DNA of 64,000 bases from Octopus sinensis. Taxonomy: Eukaryota. The notes under the pieces are model-generated. The model was not told the origin of the DNA. It saw only the letters and a program-made list of their open reading frames with translations, and ran no database searches. The position numbers and the translations under genes are program-made. The stretch lies in NCBI RefSeq assembly GCF_006345805.1, contig NC_043025.1, positions 6,758,001 through 6,822,000 of the forward strand, read 5' to 3'. Within the stretch, counting starts at the first letter, position 1. Each line of letters starts with the position of its first letter. Positions 12,469 through 25,349 of this stretch are shown here, in pieces.

Positions 12469-12878
12469 AGCTCTGTGTAAATGTTGTTGTTTAGTTTGAG
12501 GTCAATCTCGACCAAATACAGACCTTTGGTTAAATGCATTCCAGTCATGACCATCCTGTCTTTATCCTTACGGTAGAGGAGCCACACACACATTGTCCAG
12601 CGTATTCTTCTTTAAGGGGATAAGGTATGAATTGTGGTCGATTTGGCTACTACTTCTAGCAGATCTATCACAAAGAAATCCCTTTGCTGGTTCGTCTCTC
12701 CTGTTGTTAACTTTTGAAATAAAGATAAACTTTGAACTGTTCATTTGTTGTTGTTGTTGCTATTGTTGTATGCCTCAGCACCTCCCTAAACACTTCTATT
12801 GTTCTAAAACAGTTTTAATATCCTCGCGTATATTCATAGTTATCTCCCTTTATTTCTAGCTAGAGTATATATATATAT

Positions 12879-12989
12879 AATGGTTGTATACTGTCAATCT
12901 AACACGAACGTGACAGTACACCACCGTTGTATAGCCCTAGGAAGCATCGACGTTAGATTGACGTGTTAGATTGACAGTATACAACCATT
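12879..12989. mobile_element. MITE-like element with perfect 28-bp inverted ends
   Basis: AATGGTTGTATACTGTCAATCTAACACG (12879-12906) and its reverse complement (12962-12989). Confidence 0.7.
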
Positions 12990-13055
12990 CTATCGCCCCA
13001 CCACCGTACATGTCTCTACGAGAGATTTAGAAATTTAGTATTTCTTATATCCCAT

Positions 13056-13204
13056 TATCTTTCATACCTCATTCGTTACTATTGTTAAACGTCTGTACTC
13101 ATACAATAACTGCTTCGTTTTTCCTATCTTTTCTCTACGAAATTTAACCCTTTAACCCTTCAATCCTTCAATCCTTAATTTCCATCTTTTCCGCCATTCT
13201 TCTT

Positions 13205-13235
<31 letters not shown>

Positions 13236-13484
13236 GTCGCCATTACGATTTACGGTTCCCAATTTTTAGACTTCCTTTCTTCTCCAACAGCGGCTTCCGG
13301 CCTTCATATTCGCAGCAAGTTGCAAAAACATTTTATCCCTTTATCTTTCGTACCTCATTCGTTACTATTGTTAAACGTCTGTACTCATACAATAACTGCT
13401 TCGTTTTTCCTATCTTTTCTCTACGAAATTTAACCCTTTAACCCTTCAATCCTTCAATCCTTAATTTCCATCTTTTCCGCCATT
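13056..13484. repeat. Near-identical ~145-bp direct repeat pair separated by (TTC)n and a short spacer
   Basis: 13056-13199 matches 13341-13484. Confidence 0.85.
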
Positions 13485-13509
13485 CGGCGGTGCCCCCGAA
13501 AGAAGCCAG

Positions 13510-14494
13510 TATGATCCGATAGATGTGTAATATCAGTGTGCATACTCGACAGAGTGTAAGTACCTTGAGAGAAAAGTTGGACCTAAGAAGCATCAGATGT
13601 GGTGTGCGCTGGTATGGTCATGTAGTGAGAATGGATGAGGATAGTTGTGTGAAAAAGTGCCACACACTAGCGGTTGAGGGAACCTATGGAAGAGGTAGAT
13701 CCAGGAAGACCTGGGATGAAGTGGTGAAGCATGACCTTCGAACTTTGGGCCTCATCAAGGAAATGACTAGTGACCGAGACTTTTGGAAATATGCCGTGCG
13801 TGAGAAGACCCAGCAAGCCAAATGAGACCATAATCTCGTGGCCTATGCCAGGGGCGTTACCAGCCCACATATGTATACCTTTTCCTTCTTTGGACACTAA
13901 AACTCTGCTTGCGAAGACCTGTTGAGGCAAGTGAAATCAAAATCAAAATCAAATTCGATGACTGGCATCCGTGCTAGCGGGTTGCAAAGAGCACCATACG
14001 AGTGTTATCGTTGACAGAGCGGCTAACCGGCTTCCGTACCAGTGGCACTTAAAAGGCACCATTCGAGCGTGATCGTTACCAGTGTCGCCTTACTGGCACT
14101 CGAGCCCCTTGCTTGTAGGGTATTAAGAGCACCATCCGAGTGTGATCATTGCCAGAGCGGCTATCTGGCCTCTGTGCCGGTGACACGTGAAAGACACCAT
14201 TCGAGCGTGATCGTTACCAGCATCGCCTTACTGGCACCTGTGCCAGTGGCATGTGTAAAAGATTCAAGCGAAGTCGTTGCCAGTACCGCCTGACTGGCCC
14301 CCGTGCCAGTGACATGTAAAAGCACCCACTACACTCTTGGAGTGGTTGGTGTTAGGAAAGGCATCCAGCTGTAGAAACTCTGCCAGATCAAGATTGAAGC
14401 CTGGTGCAGCCATCTGGTTTGCCAGTCCTCAGTCATTTGTCCAACCCATGCTAGCATGGAAAGCGGACGTTAAATGATGATGATGATGATGATG
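13510..14494 (+). mobile_element. RTE-clade LINE 3' end (ORF C-terminus, 3'UTR, (GAT)n tail)
   Basis: RWYGHVVRMDEDSCVKKC...GRGRSRKTWDEVVKHDLRTLGL...DRDFW; ends TAAATGATGATGATG. Confidence 0.9.
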
Positions 14495-15879
14495 TATCTA
14501 GGGACATTTCACTTTGTCCTGTTGTGTTTCAGGCTTGGCCATTCCAAAGTGGGGGTCGTGGCACACAAATTCAGGGCGTTTTGAATGCAATTAAGAATTA
14601 TTTTCATTTTTTATTCTAGCTTTAGGATTAATATTTACTGATTTCTGCAGTTTTTCCTGAAAAAAACTTTGTGATTCTACACTTAAAAATAAATCCAAAA
14701 CTTTAAAATCCAATAATAAAACTGTGCTGAAAACTCCTTTCATATTAAAATAATGACACAACATTTGTTTATTTTAATTCCATATGAGGCACATGGTTCA
14801 ATGGTTAGAGTACCAGGCTTCAAACCATGAGGTAGTAAGTTCGATTCTCAGGCCAGGTTGCGTGTTGTGTTCTCGACACATTATTTCACTTTGCTCCAGT
14901 TCACTCAGATGTAGAAATGAGTTGCAATACCTTTGGTGCCAAGCTGTATTGGCCCCTTTGCCTTTCCCTTGGGTAACATTGATGGCACAAAGAGGGGCAA
15001 GCTAGTATGCTGGCCTTCTATAAACAACCCTGCTCGGACTTGTGCCTAGGAGGGTAACTTTCTAGGTGCAATCTCACGGTCATTCACGACAGAAGGGAGT
15101 CTTTAACGTTTGTGGAAAATCCTCTTTCCAAAAAATCTTCAGATGATGGAAATGAACCCTTTCCCTCTACAATACTTCAAACTGCTCAACTTTTATTGCA
15201 TTTTAATTTGCAATTAAATTCCAAGATTTTTGCATATACTCAGATGAAATTGTACGTAAAACCTATGAAACCTCTTAGGACTTCCTTTGGCAATAAAATT
15301 ATGTGACAGGAATCTCACTTCTGCAAAATCAAGTGAAACAAGATGGGAAGATTTGTTATTGTAGTTTTTTTTGTGATAGGAGTGAACAAATCGGTTTCGA
15401 GATTAAATCAAAATTATTTAAATTAGACCAAAAATCTTTATCCAAAAATTGATAGGGAATTACTTTTAAGAATGTTTAGTATTAAACAAATAATTTTGTA
15501 TCAAACATTATATAGAATTATTCTAATATCTCAGTGATTTTTAGCTACAATAACTGGAAGTGAAATTATGTTTACACATATATGATGTAAATAAAGATCA
15601 TTTGATGTCAGTTTTCTATGTCATGTTTGGACTAAAAACACAACAAAATAATAATAAATTTGATTTGTCTTCCTGAAAGTTGAATGAAACCATAAGTTAC
15701 TGTTGATACGAATTTATTGGAATATTTTTTGTTTTGAATTTAATATGTAATAATAAAATGTTGCCCATAGATAAGTGGTTGAATTTATCAAAGCATGAAA
15801 CCACAGAAAATATTGATGATAAGGCTGAAGAGAGTCACAAACGTCAAGGAGTGTCAGGAACTCACAGGTAAGCAATTCT

Positions 15880-16135
15880 CTGAGTACAACACAGTTTTAC
15901 ATCAAAAGCAGGAAGCTATTGTGGATTTACTTTTACTTTGAACATATTGAAAAAAATACCTGTTTGTTTAATTTGTAACGATTGTTTGGTGTCTTAAAGT
16001 GTGAAGCCTACAGAAATTAGAAATATTTTAATTCAAGACATTCCTTCTATTGCAGGAAGCCAGTAAAATTGTTTGAAAGGATATTGGAATCTTTTAGTGC
16101 TCAGAAGCAATCTCTTGAGAACCTTCTAAATATGA
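15880..16135 (+). mobile_element. Decayed hAT (Charlie/Buster-like) transposase N-terminal fragment
   Basis: KIPVCLICNDCLVS*SVKPTEIR resembles the ZBED5/Buster P.CVIC...SMKPSKL motif. Confidence 0.45.
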
Positions 16136-16136
16136 A

Positions 16137-16957
16137 GGTAATTCTGAACATGCCTTTGATGCACAGATATACATAGAGTGACAAGCACAACCCCGAATAA
16201 AGAGAGAAGGGGACTGAGTTCTTCAGTGATGCCTGCACACCTCCCTTCTGTCTCATCATTACACTAGAACTGTCACCGGCAAATCCTATAAAATTTTCAA
16301 AAGGAATATCATGTAAGGTGAAGAATCTTTCAATAGAGGAAAAATTCCATTAGCAGAGTAATCCTTGGCTACAATCAATAATATTTTGAGAGTTACAATC
16401 ATAAAATCGAGCTAACAAAACAAGGTGTTTTTCTTTTTTGTAATTACATCAGTAATTTCATCAACAATTAATGTAAACTTTCACTCTTTGAACTGTTTAA
16501 TGAGGTTTTCAAAGTAATTAAGGGCCTAAAATATTTCTATATATTTGAGTGGCTTTGGTTCTTGCACATTTAATATCTTTAGTTATTTTGGAATCATTAC
16601 ATGCCTTCTGAATTAGTCCAGGTACATGATCCATAAGTCTTATTGGTAAGTTATGTTCTGCAATGAAGGAACCAAGTTTAAGCTCCGAAGCTGCTTCGTT
16701 CGGAATATGAACAGAAGTTGTTGGCTGCAAAAAGTCGGTCAGGTTTCCACTTTCATGAATTAACATTTTTAATGTTTATCCGTTTTTTCCGTGCCTCTCC
16801 AGATGAGTTACACTGCCTTGAATTTCACAACGACAACATTTGCTGTATGCTCTTTCGATATTTGCTTAATACTTTTCTTTCAAAAGAACTTAAATCAAAG
16901 TCAGTTTCATCACTGCGTTTCTCTTTCATATTCTTGTTCATCATGAGAGGAATAAAT
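16137..16957 (-). mobile_element. Decayed hAT transposase, cut by the assembly gap
   Basis: FIAEHNLP...DSKITKDIKCARTKAT...FTLIVDEITD...IGFAGD...CACHSMYLCASKA (catalytic D residues and CxxH). Confidence 0.85.
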
Positions 16958-17057
16958 NNNNNNNNNNNNNNNNNNNNNNNNNNNNNNNNNNNNNNNNNNN
17001 NNNNNNNNNNNNNNNNNNNNNNNNNNNNNNNNNNNNNNNNNNNNNNNNNNNNNNNNN
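16958..17057. other. Scaffold gap (100 N)
   Basis: Run of N. Confidence 1.
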
Positions 17058-17397
17058 AGGTCGACTTTGCCTTTCATCCTTCGGGGTCGATAAATTAAGT
17101 ACCAGTTAACGCATTGGGGTTGATGTAATCGACTAAATCCATTTGTCTGTCCTTGTTTGTCCCCTCTGTGTTTAGCCCCTTGTGGGTAGTAAAGAAAATT
17201 ATTCTGCTAATGAGACACTTTAGTAGTTTAATAGCATCAATGAGGGGATGTGTTTGGAGTACCATCTGGTACTTCTGTTTGTATATATTCTTCTAATAAA
17301 ACCAGTCATTGCTGGTAGAAAGAACAGAGTTGACATTCAGTGTCTGGTTTATGTATGTGTGTGTATGTATATATATATATATATATGTATATAGCTA

Positions 17398-18156
17398 GGT
17401 GCAACTATGGCTGTGTGGTAAGAAGCTTGCTTCCCAACCACATGGTTCTGGGTTCAGTCCCACTGCGTGGCACCTTGGGCAAGTGTCTTCTACTATAACC
17501 CTCGGGCCGACCAAAGCCTTGTGAGTGGATTTGGTAGACGGAAACTGAAAGAAGCCTGTCGTATATATGTATATATATATATATATAGGTGCAGGAGTGG
17601 CTGTGTGGTAAGTAGCTTCTAACCAACCACATGGTTCTGGGTTCAGTCCCACTGCGTGGAACCTTGGGCAGTTGTCTTCTACTATAACCCTCGTCCGACC
17701 AAGCCTGTTGAGTGGATTTGGTAGACGGAAACTGAAAGAAGCCTGTCGTATATATGTATATATATATATATAGTGCAGGAGTGGCTGTGTGGTAAGTAGC
17801 TTGCTAACCAACCACATGGTTCTGGGTTCAGTCCCACTGCGTGGAACCTTGGGCAGGTGTCTTCTACTATAACCCTCGGGCCGACCAAAGCCTTGTGAGT
17901 GGATTTGGTAGACGGAAACTGAAAGAAGCCCGTCGTATATATGTATATGTATATATGCGTGCGTGTGTTTGTCCCCCTAGCATTGCTTGACAACCGATGG
18001 TGGTGTGTTTATGTCCCCATTACTTAGCAGTTTGGCAAAAGAGACCGATAGAATAAGTACTGGGCTTACAAAAGAATAAGTCCCGGGGTCGATTTGCCCG
18101 ATTAAAAAGCAGTGCTCCAGCATGGCTGCAGTCAAATGACTGAAACAAGTAAAAGA

Positions 18157-18158
<2 letters not shown>
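17398..18158 (+). mobile_element. tRNA-SINE with three tandem 5' halves and one 3' half
   Basis: Same family as 1332-3760; heads near 17398, 17588 and 17772. Confidence 0.9.
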
Positions 18159-18190
<32 letters not shown>

Positions 18191-18270
18191 GATATAGGAT
18201 AAAATTTTTTTCGGAAAATTTTTTATCAATGGCCAGCATATCAAAAAAATGCCTTTAAAGTAAAATTTAT

Positions 18271-18436
18271 ACATAATTTACAGATAAGGGCAGAAGAAAA
18301 ATTCTAATGCCAGATATGCCGAAACAAAAAATTGTCGATAACCATTATATTTAGAAATTATAATGGTTATCGACATTTTTTGTTTCGGCATATCTGGCAT
18401 AGAATTTTTCTTCTGCCCTTATCTTGTAAATTATGT
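18271..18436. repeat. Near-perfect hairpin (~80-bp arms, ~9-nt loop)
   Basis: acataatttacagataagggcag...gataaccattata / tataatggttatcg...cttatcttgtaaattatgt. Confidence 0.9.
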
Positions 18437-18640
18437 GTATATATATATATATATAGATATATATAATATATATAGTATAGTTTATCGCCATATTAATATG
18501 GCATTCTTATATATAAGAATAATCGCTGCCGCTGGTCAGCTCCATGAGGCCACCGCCTTAATATAGCTATTGATACACGATCGGTATCCATTATAACCTT
18601 CGAACACGGGAGGTCAGCCGCTTCACACTGCCGTCCGACA

Positions 18641-18681
18641 GCTACAGACGCGTTTCGGTTATTGCCCCTTGTCAATGTAGC
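18641..18681 (-). ncRNA. Minimal type I hammerhead ribozyme motif (U3-A8 variant)
   Basis: gctaca TTGACAA ggggcaataacc GAAA cgcg TC tgtagc: 6-bp stem I, palindromic stem III ACGCGT, GUC site. Confidence 0.65.
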
Positions 18682-18913
18682 GCAGTCAGACCCCGCAGGT
18701 GTCGCCACTGAACCTCCTGTTCGAAGGTCTATATTTACCTAGTTTCAGTGGAATACATCCACTTGTTTTCAATAATAGAAATATTAAAATTACTAAGTCT
18801 CTATAAAAGAGACTTAGTAATTTTAATATTTATATATATATATAAATATATATATATAAGACAAGGTATAACGAATGGTCATTACATATTTTCCCTTTAT
18901 TAGAGCAAATCTT

Positions 18914-19033
18914 GCTTACAGCTGTTTCCAGTGCTCGCTATAGGTACATTACTGATAAGCTTACTCAATTCATCTATTGATCAGGTGAGAAAAATTGAAC
19001 AACCCCCAAAATTAATGCTACTTTTGTCAGAGC
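18914..19033 (-). ncRNA. Degenerate hammerhead-like motif with a long stem II insert
   Basis: gct CTGACAA ...~95 nt... GAAAC agct GTA agc; palindromic stem III ACAGCTGT; G8 changed to A. Confidence 0.4.
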
Positions 19034-19593
19034 CATTTCTGGTTGTTATATATATATATATATATATATGTAGGTCCCGGGTTGAGTCAGGGTTAACCAC
19101 AGTAAATAAGGTACTCAATACATTGCAGAGTAAGGTAATTTATTTTATAGAAGGAGCTTCTACAGGACTAGAACTGTTTCATTCGGATGAAATCTTCAAT
19201 ATATATATATATATATATATATAGTATGCACAAATAGATGCAAATATATTCATGTGTGTGCATATGTATTTGTAAATATGCGTGTGTTTATACATATGAA
19301 TGTTTAACTATTTTTTATATGTGTATATGGGTATGTGTGTATATATATATAGATACATATATATGGGGAATATGTATATGTTATATAAACATTGGTGTGT
19401 GTCTATATATAGTTATATATATACATGTGTTTGTATGTATGTATGTATCTATGTGTGTGTGTGTCTGTGTGGAGACACTCACTCTAAGAGACCTGTAAAT
19501 TTGCTATTTCAAAGAAAAATATAATTCAAAAACACTCCAAAAACATATAATCATCTTTTCTATGGATGAAAAACTATTAAAGCCCCACCCCGC

Positions 19594-20060
19594 TATATAT
19601 ATATATATATATATGCATATATGTATATGTATACATATGTATATGCATATATGTATATGTATACATATGTATATGCATATATGTATATGCATATATGTAT
19701 ATGTATATATATATGTATATGTATATGCATATATGTGTATAAATATATATATGTATATGCATATATGTGTATAAATATATATATATGTATATGCATATAT
19801 GTGTATAAATATATATATATGTATATGCATATATGTGTATAAATATATATGTATGTATATGCATATATGTATATATATGTGTGTATATATATATGTATAT
19901 GTATGTATATGCATATATGTATATATATATATATGTGTGTATATATATATGTATATATATATATATATGTGTGTGTATATATATATGTATATATATATAT
20001 ATGTATATATATATGTATATGTGTATATGCATATATATGTATGTATGTATATATATTATG
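19594..20060. repeat. Compound (TA)/(TG)/(TATG) microsatellite
   Basis: Direct reading; similar tracts at 29230-29650, 33165-33765, 51272-52085, 62240-62705. Confidence 0.95.
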
Positions 20061-20445
20061 TGTTTATGTTTGTTTGTATGTAAGCATTTACTTATGTACA
20101 TAAAAAATGAATAAAATAAATTTCTAAACACGTTGGTTAAGTTATTTATTCATAAAAATATGAAAATGCTGATTGTGTGCTTAATTAAATAATGGCTTCA
20201 GTTTTGTAGCCTACAGGTAATTGGGTAATTAAAATACCAGGTATGTAATGGGAGAGGATACAGGTGTTGACTTTGTTTAATGAAATCACACCAATGATGT
20301 ATTTGAATATGTTCCAGTTTGCAGGGATTGATATATTTAATACCAGCTGTATAGTGGGGGATATTTGGAGTCAGCTACTTATACTTGAAAGTTAGTAATA
20401 ATGTGCCATTGTTAAATTATTGTCATTATTATTATTATTATTATT

Positions 20446-21170
20446 ATTAACCTTTTTGTTATTGTATTGCTGTTGAGATGCTCTGTGTTTCTTTCAATTA
20501 ATTTTAAATATTACAAAGAATTTAGTAAAATAACTTAATTATAATTAAAGCTAGTGTTTGGAACATAAATTGTGACTAAGGTTTGGTGGAAGATTTTAAT
20601 TCAGAACTTATGAAAACAAGACATTTGTACTACAGTGCCAGAGGTGGTTTCAGCCCAGTTGGTATCAAAAGGGTTAAAAATATCATGGTGACTTTAACCC
20701 TTTTGTTACCATATTTCTGTTGAGATGCTCTGTGTTTCTTTCAATTAATTTTAAATATAGCAAAGAATTTAGTAAAATAACTTAATTATAATTAAAGCTA
20801 GTGTTTGGAACATAAATTGTGACTAAGGTTTTGTGGAAGATTTTAATTCAAAACTTATGAGAACAAGACATTTGTACTCAGAGCCAGAGGTGGTTTCTGC
20901 CAGGTTGGTAACAAAAGGGTTAAAAATATCATGGTGACTTTAACTCTTTTTTTACCATATTTCTATTGAGGTGCTCTGTGCTTCTTTCAATTAATTTTAA
21001 ATATAGCAAAGAATTTAGTAAAATAACTTAATTATAATTAAAGCTAGTGTTTGGAACATAAATTGTGACTAAGGTTTGGTGGAAGATTTTAATTCAAAAC
21101 TTATGAAAACAAGACATTTGTACTACAGAGCCAGAGGCAGTTAGAACCAGGTTGGTATCAAAAGGATTAA
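20446..21170. mobile_element. Three tandem ~230-bp piggyBac-type MITE copies
   Basis: Each unit runs TTAACC(C)T...AGGGTTAA; identical spacer AAATATCATGGTGACT between units. Confidence 0.75.
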
Positions 21171-21309
21171 ACATCAAATGGCTATGAGGGTTCACCAGAA
21201 TAATATAGTAATCAAAAGGGTCTGCAGATAAAAAATGAGAACCCCTGCTTTAGATGTATGTATTGGTCTGTATTGCAAGAAACAGCTGGGTTTCTTTCTC
21301 CGACATTTT

Positions 21310-21855
21310 ACATTCTCTTTACTCTTTTACTTGTTTCAGTCATTTGACTGCGGCCATGCTGGAGCACCGCCTTGAATCGAGCAACTCGACCCCGGAACTT
21401 ACTCTTTTGTAAGCCCAGTACTTATTCTATCGGTCTCTTTTGCTGAACCGCTAAGTTACGGGGACATAAACATTGTCAAGAAATGCTAGGGGGACAAACA
21501 CAGACACACAAACACACACCGCATATATATATATATATAAACATATATACGACGGGCTTCTTTCAGTTTTCCGTCTACCAAATCCACTCACAAGGCTTTG
21601 GTCGGCCCGAGGCTATAGTAGAAGACACTTGCCCAAGGTGCCACGCAGTGGGACTGAACCCGGAACCATGTGGTTGGTAAACAAGCTACTTACCACACAG
21701 CCACTCCTGCGCCTGGCTATAGTAGAAGACACTTGCCCAAGGTGCCACGCAGTGGGACTGAACCCGGAACCATGTGGTTGGTAAACAAGCTACTTACCAC
21801 ACAGCCACTCCTGCGCCTGGCTATAGTAGAAGACACTTGCCCAAGGTGCCATGCA
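21310..21855 (-). mobile_element. tRNA-SINE with repeated ~105-bp head segment
   Basis: Reverse complement of the main SINE family; GGCTATAGTAGAAGACACTTGCCCAAGG occurs three times. Confidence 0.85.
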
Positions 21856-22259
21856 TTGTTCAACCTACACAAGTTAATGTGTGGAAAACAAAATAGGAAT
21901 TTTGAAAGAAGTTTCTATAAAACTAGTTTTTAAACATTGGATGGCTATGGGGGTCCACAAGAATAAAATAGTAAATTATAGGGGTCCATAGATAAAAAAA
22001 GGATCAATAGATAGAAAAATGGTTGATAATCACTAAGCTAAACCCTTTAACGTGGTGCCCCAGCATGGTCGGAGTGCAACAAGTGACATAAAAGAAAGAA
22101 CAGATTGTAAACCCACTCACTCACAAATACAAGGTCCTTAAATTCACAAGGGGCCCCTCACAGGCCAATCCCTTTAGTCAAAGACAAAGGAAGAAGGAAG
22201 GAAGGGGCTTCTGACATTTGCATCATGATGTCAAGAGATTTGCAGAGAAGACAGGATTG

Positions 22260-22954
22260 GAGGAGGGGAGAGAGGGAGGGGGTTGTGGTGGTGAAACTGA
22301 GAGGGTGTGGGGAAAGGGGGAGATGGAGGAGGGGGTCTGTGGTGGTGGACTGAGAGAGGAAGAGAGAGAGGATGAGAGTAAAAAGAAAGGATGAGAGTGA
22401 AGATGAGAGAGGATGAGAGGGTGTGGGGAAAGGGGGAGATGGAGGAGGGGGTCTGTGGTGGTGGACTGAGAGAGGAAGAGAGAGTGTGGGGAAGAGAGAG
22501 AGGATGAGAGTGAAGATGAGAGAGGATGAGAGGGTGTGGAGGAGAGAGGGAGGAGAGGGTTGTTGTAATGAGACTGAGAGAGGATGAGAGAGTGTGAGGA
22601 AGGGGTAGGGGAGAGAGTGTAAGGAAGAGAGGATGAGAGTGAAGAGGGGATGAGAGAGAGAGAGAGGATGAGATGGTGTATGGACAAGGGAAGAGAGAGA
22701 GAGAAGTGGGGGAGACAAAGGCAGAGACAGACAGGGGGGAATAAAGAGAGTGTGGGGGAATAAAGGGAGAGTGTGGTGGTGAAGATGGAGTGGGGGAGAG
22801 GGGGAGACTTTAATGCCATAATTAATCAGTTTTAAGCAGACCAACCTTTCTGTCAAACACATTCACACATCCTGGTCTCTAACACACGCAGTCTCTCTCT
22901 CTCTCTCTCATACACACACACACACACACAGTGTCTATCACAAACACAGTCTAT

Positions 22955-22994
<40 letters not shown>

Positions 22995-23198
22995 GTCTAT
23001 CACACACACAGTGTTTATCACACACACACTTACACAGTCTATCACACACACACACATACAGTGTCTATCACACACACAGTCTATCATACACACACACACA
23101 CTTACACAGTCTATCACACACATACATATTGTGTCCATCATACATACACACACAGCATGTCACACACACCACCCAGAATTTATCACACACAGAGTCTG

Positions 23199-23236
<38 letters not shown>

Positions 23237-23290
23237 GCTGGCCATCACAAATGCACACACATGAACAGACACACACACACACAGAGCTTC
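22260..23290. repeat. GA-rich degenerate repeat followed by CA-rich repeat
   Basis: GAGAGGATGAGAG units (22260-22810); CACACAGTCTATCA units (22910-23285). Confidence 0.9.
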
Positions 23291-23354
23291 TCTCTTTCTT
23301 TCTTTCTCCCTCTCATTCAAAGGATTTTAAATCCTTCGAATAATGGAATAAGAA

Positions 23355-23433
23355 ATGGCGGTGGCGGTGGTGGTGGCAGCAATGGTACTGTTGATCTTTG
23401 CAGCCGGCCCAACGCTTTCTTCTTCAAGTTCAG
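23355..23433 (+). CDS. Candidate first coding exon encoding a signal peptide
   Basis: gaaATGG context; MAVAVVVAAMVLLIFAAGPTLSSSSS; CAG|GTGAGA phase-1 donor. Confidence 0.55.
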
Positions 23434-25349
23434 GTGAGATTGATGCTGTCAATATCTGGTGCCAACCGGAATATCTGCTGGGAAAGAACACACCCCACCA
23501 CCACCACCACTACCACCACCTCTTGAGAGCAGGTTGGTGATGGGGTGGGGGAGGAGATCTGAAAGTTTGCACGAAGGTGGAGGCGGTGGTGGTGGTGAAG
23601 AGGGGTTAACTGGATAATGACAATGATGATGATGATCTTGGCAATGCAGAACAATTCTTTCCCTCTCCCCACCTTCACCACTCGGCTCAGGGATTTACCA
23701 AAAGAAGACCTGATCTAACTGGATTTTAATGGACACTCCTGGACATAAAAAAACCCCAACAAATATCCTTTTCTACTCTGGGCACAAGTGGGGGGGGGGG
23801 CAGTCAATTTGATCAATCCCATTACACAACTGGTACTTAATTTATCAACTCCTAAAAGGATGAAAGGCTAAGCTGACCTCGGCTGACTGGTTCCCATGCC
23901 AGTGGCACGTAAAAAGCACCCACTACACTTTCAGAGTGGTTGGCGTTAGGAAGGACATCCAGCTGTAGAAAAACTGCCAGATAAAATTGGAGGCTGGTGT
24001 CGCCGCTAGCTCTCCAGGCCTCACTCAAACTCTTCGACCCATGCCAGCACAGAAAGCTGACGTTAAACGATGATAATGATGATGACGATGTGCTGCCTGA
24101 CTGGCTGCTGTGGTGATGGCATGTAAAAAGCACCATTTGAGTGTGGTTGTTGCCAGTATCACCTGACTGGCCCCTGTGCCAGTGGCACATAAAAAGCACC
24201 CACTACACTCTCGGAGTGGTTGGCGTTAGGAGGGCATCCAGCTGTAGAAACTTTGCAAGACCAGATTGGAGCCTGGTGCAGCCATCTGGTTCGCCAGACC
24301 TCAGTCAAATCGTCCAAGCCTTGCTAGCATAGAAAGCGGACGTTAAACGATGATGAAGATGATGATAACGATGATGATGATATATATATGTATGTATATG
24401 TCAGTGGCACATGAAAAGCACCATTCAAGTACAGCCAATGCCAGTACCGCATGACTGGCTCCTGTGCCGGTGGCACATAAAAAGCACCCACTACACTCTC
24501 AGAGTGGTTGTTGTTAGGAAGGGCATCCAGCTGTAGAAACATTGCCAGATCAGACTGGAGCTTGGTACAGCCATCTGTACCGGTGTGTGTGTGTTACATT
24601 ATAAGGTACGAAAAAGAAAATGACTCTCCCCAGGCACAATAAAATATGCTTCAACACACGACCTCATATAAAGAATCTTGCAAACCAAATCCCAAAATGA
24701 AATGTTATTTATTTTTGATATAAAAATAAAAGGAAGACCGTATTATGTATCTGGGGTCAAATCATTCAGGCATCCCAAGTATGGAACCAAATACAAAGCT
24801 GTTTTCCGGTGAAAAGCAAATACGCACACATTGTATTTTATATATTAGATATACATGCATGCATGTATATTCCTAAAATTGTATGCAATGTCACAAAGCA
24901 TTTTCCACCGGTATGCTAATGATTATGCCAGCTCGCTTCCTTACTACTACGAATAATAATTATTTCTGATTTAGGAACAAAGCAATATTTCAAGTCTTGT
25001 ACCTAGAGTAGAAAATAATATTTTAAGGCGCCAAGCTGACAGAAACGTTAGCACGCCGGGCGAAATGCTTTGCGATATTTCGTCTGTCTTTCAAATTCCT
25101 CCGAGGTCATCTTTGCCTTTCATCTCCTTCGGAGTCGATAAATTAAGTACCAATTGCGTACTGCAGTCGATCTAATTGGCTAGCCCCCCTCCCCCAAAAT
25201 TTCGGGCCTTGTGCCTAGAGTAGAAATGTATATTTCTTTAGTTAAGCAGTATGTCAATACCATAAATTGTCATTCTCCTGTTCTTAGGCTGGTACTTAAA
25301 ATGAAAGGGGGAAATCGTAGGTATAGAATGGGATGGTTATAGCTGAAAT

